Source of the DNA: Candidatus Pacearchaeota archaeon
GTDB lineage: Archaea > Nanobdellota > Nanobdellia > Pacearchaeales > UBA284
Direction: 5' to 3'
DNA: 64,000 nucleotides
Assembly (NCBI GenBank): GCA_038886195.1
Contig: JAVZYK010000001.1
Location: 163,456-227,455, forward strand
The position numbers were made by a program, and so were the translations under genes. Each line of letters begins with the position of its first letter. The stretch's first letter is position 1. Shown here in pieces: positions 58,710 through 64,000 of the stretch. Below the pieces are notes generated by a model. It did not search any database. It worked only from the letters and a program-made list of their open reading frames with translations, and was not told the origin of the DNA.

Positions 58710-61625
58710 TTAATAAGAAACCGCTCTAAATGATTCTTCTATAGCTTCTTTTGGCCAGCCAGCTTCTTGAAGCTTTGCTGTAATTTCTGCTTTTGTTGCG
58801 CCGGTGGCTAAAGCATCTTTAATATATGATATCAGTTCAGGATAGGATGTTTCGGCTGCTCCTGCAGTTTTTGATTTGCCTTTCTTTGATTTAGGCATTA
58901 CGAAAACAATAATTACGATTACTGCAACCACAATTATTGTGGCTATTATTACAATCCATATCCAGCCACTTACAGATGGCTTTTCCTCTACACCATAGAT
59001 GTGATTTAATATTGATTCTATCTCGCTTTGAGACCAGCCTGCTTGCTGCAATGCTCTTTGAACTTGTGAACGTGTAATGCCTTGGCTATATTGTGCTTGG
59101 ACATATTCTATTATTATATTCCTGTCACAAGTGCGTTCAGTTATAGGAGCTGTCGAACCGGTTACATTAGGGCTGCAAGTTGTGGAAGTTAATTGACAAG
59201 TCCTTGTTTGTGTTGATTGTGGAGAACACAACGCGGGTTGCCATTCGTCACAGCTGTAGTCAGATTCTGAGCAAGGAATTACAACAGTACAATTTTGAGT
59301 TTCAGTTTGTGTTATTGCTCTATATCTTTCGCATTGAGGATTCGTGCCTATATAAGTACAATTTAAGATTCTTGATCTTGATTGTTGTCCATTCACGCAA
59401 TTGCTCCAAGCACTCCAATCTTGTATTATAGGAGCATTAGCACAATTATAATAAGAATCATAACATTCTGCAGGAGCTGAAATTTCTTCTCCAACCGCGA
59501 AAGGAGCTTTTATTTCAGTTATAACGCAATACTTTCTACAACTATCTTCACCGTAATTTAAACAACCTTCGCTACAATTAGCATTAGGAGTTTGATGATT
59601 ATATAATAATTTTAATGTTAAAGCATAAGTACCGTTTTGTGTCGGAGCTTTGAAAGCAGCAAAAGCGTTGTGATTTAAATCTATAACGTAAGTATTATCC
59701 CATCCGCGGCAGTTTAGTGGAGTGGAGCTTGTATTGCCTGTGTCAATACAGGCCGTATAACCTTCTCCTGCAAGGATAGGATTTGGAGGAATGCCCTGCG
59801 GATAGCAATAATCTATCAAATCTATTTCTCTACCTTCTATAATAACCCTGCATTTTTCTGTGGTTTTGTTGAATTTTGATGGTGTTGAAGATAAAGCTTT
59901 AAAGCCTTCAAAATTTCTAACTAAAGAAGGAGTGCATCTATCGTAACATGCAAGATCTTCAGGACAAATGAATTGATCACCTAAATAATTTCCTAATCCG
60001 GCTCCTTTAACACAACAGTTTTTTCCTCTAGATGTGCAGTTTAATGAAGGTTCGGTTCCATATTTTCTTAATTCAACATTGTCAAAATAAACTCTTTGGC
60101 CATGGATTTGGTTATTTTGATCTAAAACACCATAAGAAACAAGAGTTACTTCTGTAATTATGTCAGTTACATTCCAGCCTGCTTGTATCCAAGCAGAATA
60201 TAAGTCTATTGAATAATTAGAAACGTTGTTTTGTGGTGGTGGGGACATTGATATGTATTTGTCTGTTGATGTATTTGAAGGCTTATTACATGAATTTGGA
60301 GATGTAGGAACTTTATACCAGAAGTGTAAATTTCTTGTAGCAGTTGTATTTATTGAATCTACTCCCTTTACAACAATTTCAAAGGCACAACCTTGACTTT
60401 GAATAATTGGTGTTATAGTTGTATAAGCCAAAGTCCATCTTATTAATCCTCTTTGTCCTGGCACTGGTTGTGGCGAAGGTTGGACTGGAAGTTGAGCTTG
60501 AAAGTAAACTTCTTTCGGTTGATTTTGTTGTTGATTTTGCTGATAGGAGTCAAATTTTAATTCTGGTACAATGTTTTTTGATTCAGTTTTTTCTTCTATA
60601 GTTTGGCCAGTACATTCATGTAAAGAAACATTATAAACGCAAACAAATATATAACGAGTTGCTGTTTTACCTTCATATGTTGCTGTTACAGTTATTGTTG
60701 TTGTTCCCTTTTCTGTAGCATTAAATTTAACAACCTTTTCTGTTGTTGCATTTAAAATTCCAACAGAATTATTTAAATTAGTCCAAGAATATGTAGCATT
60801 TACAGGAATGCCTCCAGTATAACAAGTTGTTGCATTATAACAAATATACATTGTTGCATTATAAATAGAATAGTTGCCTTTTTTAACCATGATTGGTCCC
60901 TGAACATAAATTCTTGTTGAACTTGGTACCAAATCTTTAACTGCGAATTGTCTTGTTCCTAGAGGTTGAGAAACTGTTGCAGTAACATTTGGAATTGTAT
61001 AAGCAACATCGGTTGAATCTAAAAATAAAGCTTTTTCAAGAGTGATGTTTCCTGAAATAGGATCTATTAAGTCTTCTACGCCTATTGCTGTAGGATTTGT
61101 ACCATATGGAATAGTCATCCAGTTTGGAAATCTAAGCGGAGCGTTAAATTTACTATTTAAAATTAGTTGAATGCAAGCAGGACCCATTAAAAAGCAACAT
61201 TTGCCTTCTGGATCTGGTTCAATTTCAACACACTGCCCATCAGTATAGTTGTGCCAATCTATTGTAACACCATTTGGACAAACGTATTTGAGCTGACAGT
61301 CTGGAACATTTGTAGAAATAGATATTTGAAATTTAGTTTCTTTTGGTAAAACATCTAATTGCTCCATTTGTAATGTTATTACTCCTTTAATTCTTTCGGA
61401 AGCATTATATTGTGTTTTGTCAAGTTGTATAGAAGCTATGGCTTTGCTGGTTGTTGGTGTCTGTATTTGTGAAGTAGGAACTTTAAATAAAATCATTGTG
61501 ACAATTATAACAAACACAAGAAATAAAGCAAGAATTATTTTTTCTAGAACTCTTTCTTTATTATTCTTGTTAGTTACAATATGGCCCCTGCTTTTATGAA
61601 GCTGTGGCCTCTTTTTTATGGCCAT
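58710..61625 (-). CDS. Large Cys-rich cell-surface protein with an N-terminal anchor, a C-terminal TM helix and a short cytoplasmic tail
   Basis: 971 aa. N-terminal TM ILALFLVFVIIVTMILF, then about 820 aa that is extracellular, beta-rich and N-glycosylation-sequon-rich with many Cys. A TM helix, IWIVIIATIIVVAVIVIIVFV, followed by KSKKGKSK. A short helical motif is repeated on both sides of that TM (QVQRALQQAGWSQSEIESI and ITAKLQEAGWPKEAIEESF). Confidence 0.6.
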   Translation of the reverse strand: MAIKKRPQLHKSRGHIVTNKNNKERVLEKIILALFLVFVIIVTMILFKVPTSQIQTPTTSKAIASIQLDKTQYNASERIKGVITLQMEQLDVLPKETKFQISISTNVPDCQLKYVCPNGVTIDWHNYTDGQCVEIEPDPEGKCCFLMGPACIQLILNSKFNAPLRFPNWMTIPYGTNPTAIGVEDLIDPISGNITLEKALFLDSTDVAYTIPNVTATVSQPLGTRQFAVKDLVPSSTRIYVQGPIMVKKGNYSIYNATMYICYNATTCYTGGIPVNATYSWTNLNNSVGILNATTEKVVKFNATEKGTTTITVTATYEGKTATRYIFVCVYNVSLHECTGQTIEEKTESKNIVPELKFDSYQQNQQQNQPKEVYFQAQLPVQPSPQPVPGQRGLIRWTLAYTTITPIIQSQGCAFEIVVKGVDSINTTATRNLHFWYKVPTSPNSCNKPSNTSTDKYISMSPPPQNNVSNYSIDLYSAWIQAGWNVTDIITEVTLVSYGVLDQNNQIHGQRVYFDNVELRKYGTEPSLNCTSRGKNCCVKGAGLGNYLGDQFICPEDLACYDRCTPSLVRNFEGFKALSSTPSKFNKTTEKCRVIIEGREIDLIDYCYPQGIPPNPILAGEGYTACIDTGNTSSTPLNCRGWDNTYVIDLNHNAFAAFKAPTQNGTYALTLKLLYNHQTPNANCSEGCLNYGEDSCRKYCVITEIKAPFAVGEEISAPAECYDSYYNCANAPIIQDWSAWSNCVNGQQSRSRILNCTYIGTNPQCERYRAITQTETQNCTVVIPCSESDYSCDEWQPALCSPQSTQTRTCQLTSTTCSPNVTGSTAPITERTCDRNIIIEYVQAQYSQGITRSQVQRALQQAGWSQSEIESILNHIYGVEEKPSVSGWIWIVIIATIIVVAVIVIIVFVMPKSKKGKSKTAGAAETSYPELISYIKDALATGATKAEITAKLQEAGWPKEAIEESFRAVSY

Positions 61626-61650
61626 TTTAGCTTGTTAAAAATAATAAAAT

Positions 61651-61694
61651 AAGCTTTAAATATATTTCGCTGAAGCTTTAAATATATTTCGCTG
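61651..61694. repeat. Perfect 22-bp tandem direct repeat (AGCTTTAAATATATTTCGCTGA x2) in the divergent promoter region
   Basis: Copies at 61651..61672 and 61673..61694. Each carries a TATA-like TTTAAATAT between the divergently transcribed surface-protein gene and valS. Confidence 0.8.
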
Positions 61695-61766
61695 ATTTTT
61701 TTACAGTCAAAAGGCATTATAAATGGAATTGAAAACATTTAAAAAAATACATTTCTTGTTTTTAGC

Positions 61767-64000
61767 ATGACAAAAAAAGAGAAAAAAAGCGAGTTTGATA
61801 AGGTATTAGATATAAAAGCAATAGAGAAAAAATGGCAAGAGTTCTGGGAACAAGAAGGGATTTATAAATTTGATATAAAAAAGAAGATCGAGTTTTCTAT
61901 AGACACCCCTCCGCCAACTGTCTCCGGGAAGATGCATCTTGGTCATGCTTTTTCTTATTCGCAACAAGATTTTATAGCGCGCTTTCGAAGGATGTTCCAT
62001 GGCAATATTTTTTATCCTTTTGGCACAGATGACAATGGCTTGCCAACAGAAAGATTGGTAGAAAAATTAAACAACGTTAAGAGTAAAGAAATGACAAGAG
62101 CTGATTTTATCGCATTGTGTTTAAAGACTTTAGATAATATTCGCGAAGATTTTATACAAGATTGGAAAAATTTAGGAATTAGTTGCGATTATAATATTTA
62201 TTATTCAACAATTGACAAACATTGTCAAAGAATTTCACAGAAATCATTTATAGAACTTTACAAAAAAGGTTTAATTTATAGAGCAGAATTTCCTACTGTT
62301 TTCTGTGTTAATTGTCAAACTCCTATTGCTCAAGCGGAGCTAGAAGACAAGCAAGAAACTACTTTATTTACTACAATCGCATTTCCTATTAAAAATTCTA
62401 ATCAAAAAATTGAAATTGCTACAACGAGGCCAGAATTTCTTGCTTCGTGCTTGGCCATTTTTGTAAACCCAAAAGATGTTCGATATAAGAAATTTATAGG
62501 AAAGAAAGCCATTGTACCTATATTTAATCAAGAAGTAGAAATTATTGCCGATGCTTCGGCAGAAATGACTAAAGGAACTGGAGCAATGATGATTTGTAGT
62601 TACGGAGACAAATACGATGTTGAAGCGATCAAAAGACACAAACTCAAGCCCAAAATAATTTTTAATTCTGATGGGACTATGAACGAGCATGGCGGTAAAT
62701 TTAAAGGAATGACGATTAAAGAAGCGAGAGAAGCTATATTAAAAGAATTGCAAGAAAGAAAAATTATCGTGAAACAAGAAAAAATTTTACATGTAGTTAA
62801 TGTTCATGATAAATGTGGTACCCCAATAGAATTTTTACCAACGAAACAATGGTTTATTAAAATTCTTGATAAAAAATCTGAACTTATAAAACAAGGTAAA
62901 AAAATAAAATGGTATCCTGAATTTATGTTTAAACGTTATGAAAATTGGATAAATGGCTTAGAATGGGATTGGAGTATTAGCAGAGAAAGACATTTTGGTG
63001 TTCCGATTCCTGTTTGGCAATGTAAAAAATGTAATGAAATTATTTTACCAGATGAACAGGAATTGCCAGTCGATCCAATAAAAGATAGACCTAAAACTAA
63101 GTGTAAATGTGGATCGAATGAGTTTGAACCAGAAAAAAACGTGCTTGATACGTGGGCTACAAGTTCTCTAACGCCCGAAATTGCTCTTTCGTTAATTTCA
63201 AAAGAACCTGAAAAACTAATACCGATGACTCTAAGACCACAAGCTCACGATATTATAAGAACTTGGGCATTTTATACAATCGTAAAAGCATTTTATCATT
63301 ACAACAAAATACCGTGGCAAAATATCATGGTATCTGGTTTTGTTACTTTAGGTGGAGAGAAAATGGCAAAAAGTAAAGGCATCGTAATCGATCCAAAAAC
63401 AATTTTAAATAAATATGGAGCTGATGCTTTAAGATTCTGGGCTGCATCAAGCAGACTAGGAGAGGATTTAGAATATCAAGAAAAAGATTTAATAACGGGA
63501 CAAAAAACTATAACTAAATTATGGAATGCTGCAAAATTTGTCTCATTACATTTAGCTAAAGTTCCTAAGCCTAAGAAGCTCGAAGCATTTGACTCGTGGC
63601 TTCTATCAAAATTAAACAAACTTGTGAAAGAATGTACTGAAAATTTCCTTAATTATGAATATAGTAAAGCAAAGACATTAACTGAACAATTTTTTTGGCA
63701 TATTTTTTGTGATAATTATCTAGAGATAATCAAAAAAAGAATTTATCAAGGAACTAAGAATGAAAAGGCTTCTGCACAATATACTCTTTATGAAGCATTT
63801 TTAACTCTATTGAAACTCTTTGCTCCAATTATGCCACACATAACTGAAGAATTATATCAACAGCATTTCAAAAAATATGAAAAAAACAAGAGCATACATA
63901 TTAGTAAATGGCCAAAATTCAATAAACAACTTATCAACAATAAAATAGAAAAAAAAGGCGATATGGCTCTAGAAATAATAGGAGAAGTTAGGAAAGCTAA
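61767..64000 (+). CDS. valS: Valyl-tRNA synthetase, 3'-truncated by the window edge
   Basis: My own translation: TPPPTVSGKMHLGHAFSY (HIGH motif), WDWSISRERHFGVPIPVW (ValRS DWCISRQ-like), KMAKSKG (KMSKS motif). No stop through 64000. Absent from the ORF track because it is incomplete. Confidence 0.85.
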   Translation, partial: MTKKEKKSEFDKVLDIKAIEKKWQEFWEQEGIYKFDIKKKIEFSIDTPPPTVSGKMHLGHAFSYSQQDFIARFRRMFHGNIFYPFGTDDNGLPTERLVEKLNNVKSKEMTRADFIALCLKTLDNIREDFIQDWKNLGISCDYNIYYSTIDKHCQRISQKSFIELYKKGLIYRAEFPTVFCVNCQTPIAQAELEDKQETTLFTTIAFPIKNSNQKIEIATTRPEFLASCLAIFVNPKDVRYKKFIGKKAIVPIFNQEVEIIADASAEMTKGTGAMMICSYGDKYDVEAIKRHKLKPKIIFNSDGTMNEHGGKFKGMTIKEAREAILKELQERKIIVKQEKILHVVNVHDKCGTPIEFLPTKQWFIKILDKKSELIKQGKKIKWYPEFMFKRYENWINGLEWDWSISRERHFGVPIPVWQCKKCNEIILPDEQELPVDPIKDRPKTKCKCGSNEFEPEKNVLDTWATSSLTPEIALSLISKEPEKLIPMTLRPQAHDIIRTWAFYTIVKAFYHYNKIPWQNIMVSGFVTLGGEKMAKSKGIVIDPKTILNKYGADALRFWAASSRLGEDLEYQEKDLITGQKTITKLWNAAKFVSLHLAKVPKPKKLEAFDSWLLSKLNKLVKECTENFLNYEYSKAKTLTEQFFWHIFCDNYLEIIKKRIYQGTKNEKASAQYTLYEAFLTLLKLFAPIMPHITEELYQQHFKKYEKNKSIHISKWPKFNKQLINNKIEKKGDMALEIIGEVRKA

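Noticed and set aside
61806-62690. Minus-strand ORFs 61806..62000 and 62364..62690
   Set aside because: They are antisense to the uninterrupted valyl-tRNA synthetase reading frame and have a hydrophobic, junk-like composition.

Overview
The window reads as a low-GC (about 30%) archaeal chromosome segment, most likely from a DPANN-type lineage. Archaea-specific markers are present: ribosomal proteins L15e, L10e and S6e, initiation factors aIF2-gamma and aIF5B, an RpoP-like zinc ribbon, a class-I CCA-adding enzyme, AMP phosphorylase, and a 16S-tRNA(Ala)-23S rRNA operon with no linked 5S gene. One tRNA carries an intron. Translation and housekeeping genes are dense: MetRS, a partial ValRS, PEP synthase, deoxyhypusine synthase, endonuclease V, MPG glycosylase and a Pol X core. 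Interspersed with these are bacterial-type signalling and envelope genes that are unusual for archaea. A DisA-type diadenylate cyclase sits immediately upstream of a DHH/DHHA1 phosphoesterase, forming a candidate c-di-AMP make-and-break operon. A stand-alone GGDEF diguanylate cyclase with an intact I-site lies next to an NrdR-regulated class II ribonucleotide reductase. There is also an Lgt-like prolipoprotein diacylglyceryl transferase, an Hsp20, and several cysteine-rich secreted or surface proteins. One of those ends in a T9SS-like sorting tail, one has a transglutaminase core, and one is a 971-aa anchored giant. A recent 171-bp in-frame tandem duplication and a perfect 22-bp tandem repeat in a divergent promoter are visible at nucleotide level. 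No CRISPR array, integrase, transposase or restriction-modification genes were recognised. All calls rest on motif reading of the supplied translations; no database search was possible.
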